Assembly (NCBI GenBank): GCA_964551295.1
Contig: CAZKDJ010000001.1
Location: 1-62,427 of the forward strand
Length of the DNA: 62,427 nucleotides
Direction of reading: 5' to 3'
Source of the DNA: an uncultured Anaerolineales bacterium
GTDB taxonomy: Bacteria; Chloroflexota; Anaerolineae; B4-G1
This document shows, piece after piece, positions 25,501 through 35,363 of the stretch. The notes under the pieces are model-generated. The model made no database searches. It worked only from the letters and a program-made list of their open reading frames with translations, and was not told the DNA's origin. Position 1 is the first letter of the stretch, and each line of letters starts with the position of its first letter. A program made the translations under genes and the position numbers.

Positions 25501-25541
25501 CCGCTGAACAAAACAAGCTACTCTCAGTAAGGAGGATTCCC

Positions 25542-26051
25542 ATGGATCGTGGACGTAGATCGAGTATAGCCACCGGGCTGGTATTGATCCTGGTCGGCGC
25601 GCTGGTCTTTGCCGCCCAGCTCGTGCCAGGTTGGGACGAATGGTTCGCGTGGCCGCTGTACATCGTCGGCATCGGCGCCGTGCTGCTGGTCATCGGCCTG
25701 CTGACGCACGTGCCGGGCCTGGCCGTGCCGGCCTGCATCGTCGCCGGCATCGGCGGGCTGCTGTACTACCAGGACGTCACCGGCAACTGGGAGAGCTGGT
25801 CCTACGCCTGGGCGCTGATCCCCGGCTTTGTCGGGGTGGGCGTCATCGTCGCCGGCCTGCTGGAGGGCAAGCTCCGCAAGCCGCTGCGTGAGGGCGGGCA
25901 GTTGATCCTGGTCAGCCTGGTCCTGTTCCTGGCCTTTGGGTCGTTCTTCGGCCTGATCGGGCTCGGCCCGCTGGGGCAGTACTGGCCCGTGCTTCTGATC
26001 GCTCTGGGCGTGCTGATCCTGTTCACCCGTCTCATCTTTCGCCGGCGATAG
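25542..26051 (+). CDS. LiaI/LiaF-like membrane protein (cell-envelope stress family)
   Basis: GLVLILVG, WP.LLI.LG repeats and about 6 TMs. AGGAGG SD before ATG 25542. Confidence 0.6.
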   Translation: MDRGRRSSIATGLVLILVGALVFAAQLVPGWDEWFAWPLYIVGIGAVLLVIGLLTHVPGLAVPACIVAGIGGLLYYQDVTGNWESWSYAWALIPGFVGVGVIVAGLLEGKLRKPLREGGQLILVSLVLFLAFGSFFGLIGLGPLGQYWPVLLIALGVLILFTRLIFRRR

Positions 26052-26075
26052 AGGACGTTTCACCGGAGGTAAACC

Positions 26076-26873
26076 ATGCGAAAAGGCACGCTATTCTGGG
26101 GCGCCATCCTCATCTTGCTCGGCATCCTGTTACTGATCAACTCCTTTGTCCAGATCGACATCGGCAAGTTCTTCTGGCCGCTCATTCTGATCCTCCTCGG
26201 CCTGTGGGTGCTGTGGGGCGTCTTTAGCACGCCGCGCACACTGGAGACGGAGGAGGCAGTGATCCCCCTCGAAGGCGCGCGCCAGGCGCGCATCCGCATG
26301 CGCCACGGCGTCGGACGGCTGCGCGTCGGCGGCGGCGCCAGGCCAGATGAACTGCTCTCCGGCTCCTTCGGCGGCGGGCTGGAGCAGCGGGTCAAGCGAG
26401 CGGGTGACACGCTGGACATCGAGGTAAAGGTGCGGGTATCGGCGGCCCACTTTCCGTTCCCCTGGATGTGGGGGCCGCGCAGCACGCTCGATTGGACGGT
26501 GGACCTGAACGAGGAGATCCCGCTCTCACTGAACCTGGAGACCGGCGCCAGCGACACGAGCCTCGACCTGACCGACCTGCGTGTGACCGACCTGCGCGTG
26601 CAGACGGGTGCCAGCGCGACAAAGATCACCCTGCCCGCAGATGCTGGGTACACCAAGGCCAGCATCAGCTCCGGCGCGGCCTCCGTCCAGGTGCGCGTGC
26701 CGGAGGGCGTGGCGGCGCGGGTCAAGGTCAGCGGCGACATGGCCGACATCCGGGTGGACAAGGGCCGCTTCCCGCGCGCGGGCGGCGTGTACCAGTCGGA
26801 GGATTACGCCACGGCGCAGAACAAGGTTGATATCGCCATCAACACCGAGGTCGGCTCTGTCTCGGTGCGGTAA
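26076..26873 (+). CDS. LiaF/LiaG-like protein (N-terminal TM hairpin plus adhesin-like beta-helix domain)
   Basis: FWGAILILLG..FWPLILILLG, then L.L.TGAS repeats. GGAGG SD. Confidence 0.65.
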   Translation: MRKGTLFWGAILILLGILLLINSFVQIDIGKFFWPLILILLGLWVLWGVFSTPRTLETEEAVIPLEGARQARIRMRHGVGRLRVGGGARPDELLSGSFGGGLEQRVKRAGDTLDIEVKVRVSAAHFPFPWMWGPRSTLDWTVDLNEEIPLSLNLETGASDTSLDLTDLRVTDLRVQTGASATKITLPADAGYTKASISSGAASVQVRVPEGVAARVKVSGDMADIRVDKGRFPRAGGVYQSEDYATAQNKVDIAINTEVGSVSVR

Positions 26874-26876
26874 CGT

Positions 26877-27539
26877 CTACCTCTGGGGCCTACCAAAGAG
26901 GGCGTCCAGCAGCGCGTCGAACGCCATCACCGCCCGTCGGGCAGAGCGGGTGCGATAGGGGCGCGGCCAGTTGCGAGCGCCGTGCAGCAGGTGCGCCTCC
27001 AGCACGTACAACTGCCAGCGACCGCGGAACTGCTCCGGGTAGCCGGTCACCTCCACCTCCTGCTCCAGCGACACCCAGAAATCCAGGCGCATGGCGTTGC
27101 GCCGCAACAGCGCGCAGGGCAAGCGTGCATCGTGATGCTCTAGGGTAAAGTAACATGAGCGCCGCACGCGGTGCACCTCGGCCACCTTGCCCCGTGTGGT
27201 AAAGAGCCGGTCGGGCAGTGCAGTCTCCAGAGAAGCACTCACTTCCGACAACGGGACGATCTGCTTGATCAGGCGGACCTGTGTGACGAACAACTGCCAG
27301 CGACCGCGGAACTGCTCTGCATAACCGGTCACCTCGACGACCTGGCCGACGCGTATCCAAAAGCCGATCTGCGCTGCATAGCGTCGCAGCAACGCACAAG
27401 GCAGGCGCTCATCCCAATCGGCCAGGGTGAAATAGCACGAGCGCCGCACGCGGTGCACCTTCACCACCCGTCCGCGCGTGGTAAAAAGCTGGTCGGGTGA
27501 TGCCGTCTCCAACACCGCGCAAACCTCCGCTAGTTCCAT
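26877..27539 (-). CDS. Protein made of two tandem OB-fold domains resembling the XseA N-terminal (tRNA_anti_2-type) OB fold
   Basis: Two ~91-aa repeats: TTRG.V..VHRVRRSCYFTL...LPCALLRR...F....VEVTGY.EQFRGRWQL.V. No catalytic exonuclease VII domain. Confidence 0.7.
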   Translation of the reverse strand: MELAEVCAVLETASPDQLFTTRGRVVKVHRVRRSCYFTLADWDERLPCALLRRYAAQIGFWIRVGQVVEVTGYAEQFRGRWQLFVTQVRLIKQIVPLSEVSASLETALPDRLFTTRGKVAEVHRVRRSCYFTLEHHDARLPCALLRRNAMRLDFWVSLEQEVEVTGYPEQFRGRWQLYVLEAHLLHGARNWPRPYRTRSARRAVMAFDALLDALFGRPQR

Positions 27540-27572
27540 AGTTTCCCTCACACGCCGGATCGGTAATCCGAC

Positions 27573-28208
27573 CTACACTGGCACAATCGCGATCTGGTCC
27601 CGCGCCACGACCTCTGCTGCGAGCGTTCCGCTAAACGTCTCTTGCAGCGCCGTCTCGAAAGCCAGGAAACGCTCGACGGCAAAACGCGCGTGCACCGTCA
27701 CCTCTGCCGCGAATTCCTCGTCCAAGATCTCGCCGCCGTGCGCTGCGACGAGCCGGCGCAGCCACTCGAATCCGCTGTACGGCGTGACGACCTGCACGAC
27801 GTGGGTCAGGACCTTGACGGCACGCGGCAGGGCGGCCAACACCGCCCGCACCGCGTCGCCGTAGGCGCGCACCAGCCCGCCCGTGCCCAGCTTGGTGCCG
27901 CCAAAGTAGCGCGTCACCACCACGGCCACGTCCCCCAGGCCGCTGCCCTGCAGCACTGCCAGCGCCGGGCGGCCCGCCGTCCCCGGGGGCTCCCCGTCGT
28001 CGCTGCAATGCGCGACCACCGTCGCTCCGTGCCCCACCAGATAGACGGGCACGTTGTGGGTCGCGTCGGCGAACTCGGTCTTGATGCGCGCGACAAAGGC
28101 CTTGGCCTCTTCGATCGTGAACACCAGTGCGGCGGTGGCGATGAAGCGCGAGTTGACCACCGTCATCTCGATCCGCGTCTCTTTGGCCGGGATCGGGTAA
28201 CTCCCCAT
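27573..28208 (-). CDS. yigZ: YigZ/IMPACT family protein
   Basis: VNSRFIA, DATHN, SDDGEPPGTAG.P and VVVTRYFGG.KLG.GGL.RAY. Confidence 0.92.
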   Translation of the reverse strand: MGSYPIPAKETRIEMTVVNSRFIATAALVFTIEEAKAFVARIKTEFADATHNVPVYLVGHGATVVAHCSDDGEPPGTAGRPALAVLQGSGLGDVAVVVTRYFGGTKLGTGGLVRAYGDAVRAVLAALPRAVKVLTHVVQVVTPYSGFEWLRRLVAAHGGEILDEEFAAEVTVHARFAVERFLAFETALQETFSGTLAAEVVARDQIAIVPV

Positions 28209-28274
28209 TACAGAAACGCCTCCAACGACGTATTATACAGCACCACAAACACTAGCTGTCTTCTACAGAGCTTG

Positions 28275-29420
28275 TTAGTCCAATATACAAGGTAGCGGAA
28301 AATCGTTTACCGTTACTACCTCTATCAACTGGAAACACTTGGCATCGGAGTCCGGATTTTCACACACAATTGGCTCGGCGCGAGTGTGTGTCTTGGAGAC
28401 TCGGACATCATAATAGATGGAATCCTCTCTGGGAATCAATTCGATCTCACGGGTGTACCCCAGCAAAACACCTACAAAGGTAGTTTCTCCATCGCTATCG
28501 CGGGAAAATTCAATGATGCTCGGCTGCGTCGCCAGCAATTCCGCAGCTTGTACATCAGGCAGTAGCATTAAGCGGACTCCCGCGGCGAGCGTCGTAACCT
28601 TGAGGACATGCTTGAACTCCCACTGCTGATCTCCAGGTGCAAGTATATAGGTCCCCTCTCCTTGCCAACCGGAAGCTGATCCTCGGCATCGGAAAAGGAA
28701 TCCGTGCCGATCCTTTCCGATCTGCACGAGTTGTCCTTGAGGTGCATGTCCAGATTGCCCACAGTAAGTGATAGAGTGCTCCCTAGTCACCATTTGCCAC
28801 ACATCGCCTATCTTTGAGAAGACGGCGCCATCAATGGCCGGGCTCAAGGACCGAACAGAATAACCCAAATAGTCAGTCGGCAGCACGCCCGTCATCACAA
28901 CGTACTTGGCATTTCCCTCTTCGTGAAAAGAGCTCGCCAGCAGCACATTGACCGTGTTCTCTTCAACGATGACGCCAGTGCACGGCCGCTGCGTGAAGCA
29001 CAGCAGCCCGTCCTCGCCCTCGAAGTAGACCATTTTTCGATCCTCATACATGAGCCGCAGGGCCTCCCTAAGGTCGAATTCTCCCTCAATAGCACCGGCG
29101 GGGAATGGCGTGGGAGTCGGCGTGCGGGTAGGTGTGGGAGAGGGAGTGGCAGTGACGCCGCGTCTTTGCGCCCAGACCGTGGCCCGTGCGCGGGCGGTGT
29201 TCTCCAGTCTGGCATACATGGAGGCGACAGGCGCAGCGGTCTGGGTTTGTCGGATGGCTACCACTTCTGTGAGACCTGGGGTACGGGTAGCCGATGGCGT
29301 GGAGGCAATATAATCCTCGGGCGCACAAAATCGAGTCGCCAAAGAATTCACTGCGATCAAGAACACGACCCCGACAGCAATTATCCAAAGAGCCCTGCGC
29401 TTCCGCATAGATTCGTTCAT
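28275..29420 (-). CDS. Hypothetical exported or membrane-anchored protein with a Thr/Pro-rich linker
   Basis: 381-aa ORF with an N-terminal hydrophobic helix, TPSPTPTRTPTPTP linker and Cys-containing globular domain. AT-richer than its neighbours. Confidence 0.65.
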   Translation of the reverse strand: MNESMRKRRALWIIAVGVVFLIAVNSLATRFCAPEDYIASTPSATRTPGLTEVVAIRQTQTAAPVASMYARLENTARARATVWAQRRGVTATPSPTPTRTPTPTPFPAGAIEGEFDLREALRLMYEDRKMVYFEGEDGLLCFTQRPCTGVIVEENTVNVLLASSFHEEGNAKYVVMTGVLPTDYLGYSVRSLSPAIDGAVFSKIGDVWQMVTREHSITYCGQSGHAPQGQLVQIGKDRHGFLFRCRGSASGWQGEGTYILAPGDQQWEFKHVLKVTTLAAGVRLMLLPDVQAAELLATQPSIIEFSRDSDGETTFVGVLLGYTREIELIPREDSIYYDVRVSKTHTRAEPIVCENPDSDAKCFQLIEVVTVNDFPLPCILD

Positions 29421-29710
29421 CCGACATCAACCCGACAAGTACCACACTACTTTCTTTGGATAGATTGGGCGCCTTGCACCAACAATTCCCCCTCATCCTC
29501 CGCCAGGAGAACCGCGATCATCTGCCCCCGGCCCCTACCACGGCGGTGTCCATGAATCTCCTGTGGCGAGTATTATACACCGGGTTACGTCGGACGGGCA
29601 ATTGCGTCCTGTAACAAAATGGGAAAACCGACGAGAGGACAAAAAAACAGGACCGTACAGACTCGCACGGCCCTGGCGGGTCTAGTCAGACATTTTCGCC
29701 AGTTGTCCGG

Positions 29711-29908
29711 CTATTCGGTATACAGCTCGTACCGCGTGCTGACCACCTGGCGGTATCCGCACTTGGTACATTCCCAACCTTCGATGGCCTTGATACGACC
29801 GGTGATCAAAAGCAGTAACGTCGGACGACGCTCCCACTGCACCCACTCGTGCCGTGTGAGAATGCCGCATTTCTTGCACTGAATGATACACGTCTCGTTT
29901 TCAGCCAT
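29711..29908 (-). CDS. Small zinc-ribbon protein, 65 aa
   Basis: MAENETCIIQCKKCG...WECTKCGY: two CxxC pairs. ATG at 29908. Confidence 0.55.
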   Translation of the reverse strand: MAENETCIIQCKKCGILTRHEWVQWERRPTLLLLITGRIKAIEGWECTKCGYRQVVSTRYELYTE

Positions 29909-29949
29909 AGGCGGGATATTGTAACACAAAACACCCCGTTGCCAACCGG

Positions 29950-30522
29950 CTACTTGTGCGCCTCGCACCCCTCCAGCGCCGCGCAAAAGGTCGTACAAAT
30001 CTCAACGGTGGTACCGGCATAGATGATGTAGAACTCGTTGTCGTCGCGCACGAGGGTGTAGCTGGCCGAGCACATCTCGATGGGGAGCATATCAGGCTGG
30101 CCGCCATCCGGTATCACCGGGGCGACGCACTTGAACAGGTTCCGCGGATCGAGCAACTCGTTGCGGTCACCGATGGCCACGATACCCGCCGAAAGCGGGG
30201 CCTCCGGGTTGCTGTAAGCGCGCGCCTTCACCGCCCCCACCTCCTGATAGCAGCCGATGACCTGATCCACGGCAGCGATGGCCAACGCCAACTCCGGCTG
30301 ACCGGCCAGCAAGGACGCGCCCCCGCTCAGCTTGCTGATATGATCGGTCAGGGTCTCTCCCTCCACTGTGTTGTAACCTTGCAAGTCGGGCAGCAACTCC
30401 TCAGCCGGAGGCACAGGGGGATCCTGTTGATTGATACCAAGTATCAAACCAGCTCCCCCCATCAAGATCGCGACGGCGACCAGCACCACGAACACGCGAT
30501 TCGGACGTTTTTCTTCTGACAT
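29950..30522 (-). CDS. Hypothetical membrane-anchored protein with several Cys residues
   Basis: N-terminal TM helix, Cys-rich C-terminus (CTTFCAALEGC), GGGGGA SD before ATG 30522. Confidence 0.7.
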   Translation of the reverse strand: MSEEKRPNRVFVVLVAVAILMGGAGLILGINQQDPPVPPAEELLPDLQGYNTVEGETLTDHISKLSGGASLLAGQPELALAIAAVDQVIGCYQEVGAVKARAYSNPEAPLSAGIVAIGDRNELLDPRNLFKCVAPVIPDGGQPDMLPIEMCSASYTLVRDDNEFYIIYAGTTVEICTTFCAALEGCEAHK

Positions 30523-30623
30523 TTCCCCCACTCCTCTCCCGACAAGATCGCTCACAAGGCCATTCTATCACACCCCAGGAAAGAGGACAACCCGCACCGC
30601 CGCTGGTCGGTTACTCCCTCGTG

Positions 30624-30632
30624 TGCTATACT
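30624..30632 (+). promoter_or_regulatory. Extended -10 element for the radical SAM-rqcH operon
   Basis: TG-C-TATACT ending 12 nt before ATG 30645. Confidence 0.5.
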
Positions 30633-30644
30633 CCTAACTGAGCT

Positions 30645-31409
30645 ATGGGCGTCCTACCACTCGAGACAGGCATCGTTTACGGGCCGATCCGCTCCCGGCG
30701 ATTGGGCCTCTCGCTGGGCGTCAATCTGCTGCCCACGCGCTACAAGCTGTGCTCCTTCGACTGCGTCTACTGTCACTATGGCCGCACCGACGTCAAGAGC
30801 CTGAGCGCCGACGCGCGCGATCTGCCGTGGTCGCGCGAGGTGCTGCGGGAAGTGGAGTCCGCCCTGCGCGAGTATCCCAACGTCGACACCATCACCTTCT
30901 CCGGCAATGGCGAGCCCACCCTGCACCCCGCCTTTCCCAAGATCGCCGCCGCGATCAGAAAGCTGAGAGATGAACGGGCACCCAACGTCAAGCTAGCGCT
31001 CTTTTCCAACGCCACCACGGCTCATCTGGAGCACATTCGCCAGGCGCTGCCGCTCCTCGATCTGCCGATGCTCAAGCTAGATGCGGGCAACCCGGACACA
31101 CTGGCCGCCATCAACCGCCCTGCCCCAGGGGTGCGCTGGGAGCGCATCGTAGAGGGACTGGGACAGGTCCCCAGCCTGGTCATCCAGAGCGTGCTGATCG
31201 ACGGCGAGGTGAGCAACGTCAGAGGAGCGGCCTTCGAGGCCTGGGTGGACGTGCTGGCCCAGATCAAACCGGCCCACGTGCAAGTTTATAGCACCGACTA
31301 CCCGGTGCCGGAAAGCGGCGTCGAGCGCGTGCTGCCCTACGAACTGAAGCGCATCGCCGAGGAGGTGAGAGAACGCACCGGGCTGCCCATTGAGGCCCTC
31401 TGGTTCTAG
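30645..31409 (+). CDS. Radical SAM protein (TYW1/wyosine-synthase-like bacterial subfamily, function unknown)
   Basis: VYGP..SRRLG.SLG.N, CSFDCVYC (CxxxCxxC), ITFSGNGEPTL, KLDAG. Confidence 0.85.
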   Translation: MGVLPLETGIVYGPIRSRRLGLSLGVNLLPTRYKLCSFDCVYCHYGRTDVKSLSADARDLPWSREVLREVESALREYPNVDTITFSGNGEPTLHPAFPKIAAAIRKLRDERAPNVKLALFSNATTAHLEHIRQALPLLDLPMLKLDAGNPDTLAAINRPAPGVRWERIVEGLGQVPSLVIQSVLIDGEVSNVRGAAFEAWVDVLAQIKPAHVQVYSTDYPVPESGVERVLPYELKRIAEEVRERTGLPIEALWF

Positions 31410-31416
31410 AAAGCCT

Positions 31417-33105
31417 ATGAACGTCGATTTTCTGACCCTGGCCTGCCTGCGAGATCAGCTCGATAGCCTGCTCGGCGCGCGCGTCCAGCGCGTGGTGCTG
31501 CCCGATGAACTCTCAATCGGGTTGGAGCTTTACGCCGGGCAACGCGCCCAACTGCTGATCTCCGCCGACCCGCAACACCCACGCACGCTGCTGGCACCCC
31601 AGAAACTGCGCCGCGGCGTGGAAACCGAGACGGCACTGCTGCTTTTGCTGCGCAAATGGGTGCCCGGCAGCCGGCTGGTGGATATCACGCAACCGGAGTG
31701 GGAACGCATTCTAGAGTTTCACTTTGCAGGCCAGGCCGGCCCGTGCCGCCTGGTCGCCGAGCTGATCGGGCTGTATAGCAACGTCATCCTGGTGGGACCG
31801 GATGGCGACGTGCTGGACGCGGTGCGGCACGTCGGCCCGGCCCAGAACCGCTACCGGGTCATCCTGCCCAGCCGCCCGTACCAGCCGCCGCCCAAGCCGG
31901 TGGGCCGCCAGGCACCGACCCAAATCCCGCCCGGCGAGTGGGCCGCCCTGCTGGCCTCCGTCACTCCCGACCAACCGCTACACCGGCTGCTGACCAGTCG
32001 TCTCCTAGGTGTCAGCCCGATGCTGGCGCGGGAGATCGCCGTCCGCGCCGCAGGCGATCCCGACGCACCGGCGCACGCCGTCACAGCCCAAGCGCTGGCC
32101 GAGGCAAGCGCCGAGCTCTTTGCACCGATCCGGGATGGCTCCTGGGCGCCGCACGTCGCGCTGGACGAAGACGGCAGCGTCGTCGCCTTTGCCCCCTACG
32201 AGCCGCACCAGTTCGAGCGCGTCCGGCCGGCATCCGACATCAGCGAGGCCATGTGGCAGTATTTCGAGCAGCGGCTGTCGGCCGACACCTACGCATCGGC
32301 CCGCTGGCGCGTGCAGGAGCGGATCGACGAGACGCGCGCGCAGACCGAGCGCACGCTGAGGCAGTTGCGGGAAAACATAGTCGATGAAAGCGAGATCAAA
32401 TCGCTACGCGAAGCTGGGGAGCTAATACTGATCTACCAGGGCCAGGCAAAGCCAAATACCAGCGAGATCACCGTGCCCGACTACACCGGCGCGCCGCGTA
32501 CAATTAAGCTGGACCCCAAGCTGACGCCAGCGGAGAACGCGCAGGCCTACTTTCATCGCTACCGCAAGGCTATCCGAGGCAAGGAGGGCATCCCCGCCCG
32601 CATCGCGGCGGCAAAAGCCGACATGGCCTACCTGGCACAACTGGCCGCCGACCTGGCCCAGGCCGAGTCGCGCCCCGAGATCGACGCGGTATACGACGCG
32701 CTAGTCAAAGCCGGCTGGGCGCCCCAGGCCCACTCGGAAAGCAGCAGCCAGGTCGAGGGACCGAGGCGCTTTGAGATAGACGAATTCGCCGTCTACGTGG
32801 GGCGCAACGCGCGCCAAAACGAGGAGGTGACGTTCAAGCGCGCCGGGCCGGACGACGTGTGGCTTCACGCCCGCGGCGTGCCGGGCGCGCACGTGGTGGT
32901 CAAGTGCGGCAAGCGGGACGTGCCAGAGGAGGTAGTACAACAGGCGGCGCAACTGGCGGCGTACTACTCGTCGGCGCGGGAGGAGGCCCAAGTGGCCGTG
33001 GATGTGACCCAACGCCGCTACGTGAAGCGCGTGCACCGCAGCCGTCCGGGGCTGGTCACCTACCGGAACGAGCGGACGGTGCAGGTGAAACCGCAACCAC
33101 GGTAA
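31417..33105 (+). CDS. rqcH: Ribosome quality-control protein RqcH (NFACT/FbpA/NEMF family)
   Basis: NFACT-N (L..ELIG.YSN.IL), coiled coil, LDP.LTP.ENAQ.YF..Y.K, NFACT-R VGRNA.QNE..T...A...D.WLHARG.PGAHV. Confidence 0.9.
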   Translation: MNVDFLTLACLRDQLDSLLGARVQRVVLPDELSIGLELYAGQRAQLLISADPQHPRTLLAPQKLRRGVETETALLLLLRKWVPGSRLVDITQPEWERILEFHFAGQAGPCRLVAELIGLYSNVILVGPDGDVLDAVRHVGPAQNRYRVILPSRPYQPPPKPVGRQAPTQIPPGEWAALLASVTPDQPLHRLLTSRLLGVSPMLAREIAVRAAGDPDAPAHAVTAQALAEASAELFAPIRDGSWAPHVALDEDGSVVAFAPYEPHQFERVRPASDISEAMWQYFEQRLSADTYASARWRVQERIDETRAQTERTLRQLRENIVDESEIKSLREAGELILIYQGQAKPNTSEITVPDYTGAPRTIKLDPKLTPAENAQAYFHRYRKAIRGKEGIPARIAAAKADMAYLAQLAADLAQAESRPEIDAVYDALVKAGWAPQAHSESSSQVEGPRRFEIDEFAVYVGRNARQNEEVTFKRAGPDDVWLHARGVPGAHVVVKCGKRDVPEEVVQQAAQLAAYYSSAREEAQVAVDVTQRRYVKRVHRSRPGLVTYRNERTVQVKPQPR

Positions 33106-33138
33106 TACATATCACCACCGTTGAACTGACAAAAACTG

Positions 33139-35190
33139 TTACAGCTTAACCATCTTGGCGATAAAGGCCGCGTCGCCAATCCAACCATTCCACCAATCCA
33201 CCGCATACACACGGTGAACGACGCGCCCCCCTAGTGAAACTACATCCTCCCCCTGAATCGCAAAGGCCTCCACGCTAAGATACACCGGTGCCGTATCCAC
33301 GCGCACGAATGCATCCACAGCTGCAAAGACGGCTTGGTTCAACTGATTGTTGAACTCTGTCGGATGTGTGTTGGGATCGTAAGTGGCCAGGTAGCCGACG
33401 ACCAGCGCGCGCTTGCCATCTTGTGCCGTATCAAACAGCGTGATTACATCGCGATCCGATATACCCAACTGCGAGGCGACGGCGCTCTTGGCCATAGAGA
33501 GAGCCGTACCTTCATCGATGGGGTCACCCTGCGGGCCGGGAGGATTGTCAAAGCGGTACACCTCCAGGCATTGAGTGTACATCTCGTCGGCCACAAAATT
33601 ATCGGGGTCCAACTCGCGCGCCTTGTCAAAGAAGCTCAACGCCTCACCACACCGATCCTGCATCGCGTAGGCGACGCCCAGGCCAACCAGCGCCTCCACC
33701 AACTCTTCATCAATCTCTAAGGCCAGATTGAATTGCTGTTCTGCTTCGGAGTAGCGATCGAGCCGCAAATAGAAGTTACCCAGCGCCACATAAGGCTCCT
33801 CGCTTTCCGGCTCCAGTTCAACGGCCTTTAGGTATACCTCCTCAGCCTCCTCGTACTTTTCCTGCTCGGAGAGCGCATCCCCCAGATTCGTGTAATATAT
33901 ATACCTATCATCGTCTATATCTATGGCCGCTTGGAATCGAACCTCTGCATCCTCGTAACGCTCCTCTCCCATATAAGCCAGGCCCAGCCCAAACACGGGA
34001 AAAGAGTCGTAAGGAGCCATGGCAATCGCCTCCTGGAAACTCTCGATCGCGGCGGTGTACGCGTCCTGGCACAACTGGGCCAGCCCCATGTACGTGCGGG
34101 CAGACGCCGAGTATGGAGCCAGTTCGATCACCTTTTCGTATTCGCTCTCTGCATCCTCACAATCGCCCCGAGACCAGAGCACGCGCGCTCGGCCAAAATA
34201 TCCGCTCGGAGATTCGACGTCCCGGTCAATGGCCAAGTCAAAGCTCTCTTCGGCTTCATCATACACTTCCCGTTCAAGATATGTGTAGCCCCGGCAAAGA
34301 TATCCATCGGGCAACTCGGGCTCCAGATCGACGACCTGATCACAGAGATCGAGCGCCTTGTCGTACTCTTCTTCGGCGCGGTGAACGGCTGCCAAAGCTC
34401 CCAGGGCGGGGATAAAATCGGGATCATACTCCAACACTTCTTTAAGGAGACTTTCCTGTTCCTTATACCGTTCATCATCCTCCATCTCCTCATCCGCAAG
34501 CCCCACAAAGTGGCTTCGGTGGACCAAGGCAGGCACAAAATGAGGCTGTAAAAGTGCGCCGGCCTCTGCCGCCCCTTCGGCTTTCTCCCCCTCATTCATG
34601 GCAGCATACACATTCGACAGGACACGCTGGACATCGTACAGGTCAGGATCCTGTTTTGCGGCATACTCGGCTGTATCCTGCGCTTCCTCATACTGATTGG
34701 TATCCAAATACACCTCGGCCAGCATGGTAAGCACCAGGGGATCCTCCGGCGCCAGCTCGACGGCCTCTTCGGCCACCTCGAGCGCATCGTCAAACTCCAG
34801 ATTCCAATCCAGAGCGAACACCAGATAGGCCTGTATCGCCGCGTCATCGGGGGCCAGATCGACCGCCGTCCGCGCTTGGTCGATCGCCTCTTTGCGGGTC
34901 TGGGGCCGTTGCGCATACAGATATGCCAGATGAGCGTAAGCCAACGCGTCGTCAGGATGTAACTCGACAGCTTGTAGATACGCCTCCTCTGCCCCTTCCC
35001 AATCACTCTCCCACAGCAACTCATCTCCCTGGGCCACTAGGACGTCCGCCGGAATTGGCGTCGCCGTCGGCTCGGGAGTAGGCGTCGGCGTGTCGGTCGG
35101 GATCGGCGTCTGCGTTGGCTCTGGCGTCGGTGGACTGCACCCGACCAGCAACATCACCGCCACCACGAAAACCATCATGCACCGTTTCAT
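33139..35190 (-). CDS. TPR-repeat lipoprotein with an unknown C-terminal domain
   Basis: Lipobox LLVGC, Pro/Thr linker, more than 10 TPR motifs. ATG 35190 with GAGGAGG SD. Confidence 0.85.
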   Translation of the reverse strand: MKRCMMVFVVAVMLLVGCSPPTPEPTQTPIPTDTPTPTPEPTATPIPADVLVAQGDELLWESDWEGAEEAYLQAVELHPDDALAYAHLAYLYAQRPQTRKEAIDQARTAVDLAPDDAAIQAYLVFALDWNLEFDDALEVAEEAVELAPEDPLVLTMLAEVYLDTNQYEEAQDTAEYAAKQDPDLYDVQRVLSNVYAAMNEGEKAEGAAEAGALLQPHFVPALVHRSHFVGLADEEMEDDERYKEQESLLKEVLEYDPDFIPALGALAAVHRAEEEYDKALDLCDQVVDLEPELPDGYLCRGYTYLEREVYDEAEESFDLAIDRDVESPSGYFGRARVLWSRGDCEDAESEYEKVIELAPYSASARTYMGLAQLCQDAYTAAIESFQEAIAMAPYDSFPVFGLGLAYMGEERYEDAEVRFQAAIDIDDDRYIYYTNLGDALSEQEKYEEAEEVYLKAVELEPESEEPYVALGNFYLRLDRYSEAEQQFNLALEIDEELVEALVGLGVAYAMQDRCGEALSFFDKARELDPDNFVADEMYTQCLEVYRFDNPPGPQGDPIDEGTALSMAKSAVASQLGISDRDVITLFDTAQDGKRALVVGYLATYDPNTHPTEFNNQLNQAVFAAVDAFVRVDTAPVYLSVEAFAIQGEDVVSLGGRVVHRVYAVDWWNGWIGDAAFIAKMVKL

Positions 35191-35220
35191 CACTCGTCCT
35201 CCTCTAGCAGATTTTACATA

Positions 35221-35284
35221 GAAACACAGAGCTTTTTTCACCCTCTGTGAATCTCTTCCCAATCTCTGCGAATCTCTGTGTTCC
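35221..35284. repeat. Intergenic element with near-perfect terminal inverted repeats and internal AATCTCTG(T/C)G units
   Basis: GAAACACAGAG (35221-35231) / CTCTGTGTTCC (35274-35284). Confidence 0.6.
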
Positions 35285-35363
35285 AAATAGGAGCAGACTG
35301 AACAGCTACATTCTAGATAGCTTCTCAACAGGCCCGAGGGCCAGTGTTCGAGAAGACACGGTC

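Noticed and set aside
26877-27539. xseA (exonuclease VII large subunit)
   Set aside because: Only the OB domain is present, duplicated; there is no catalytic domain and no xseB.
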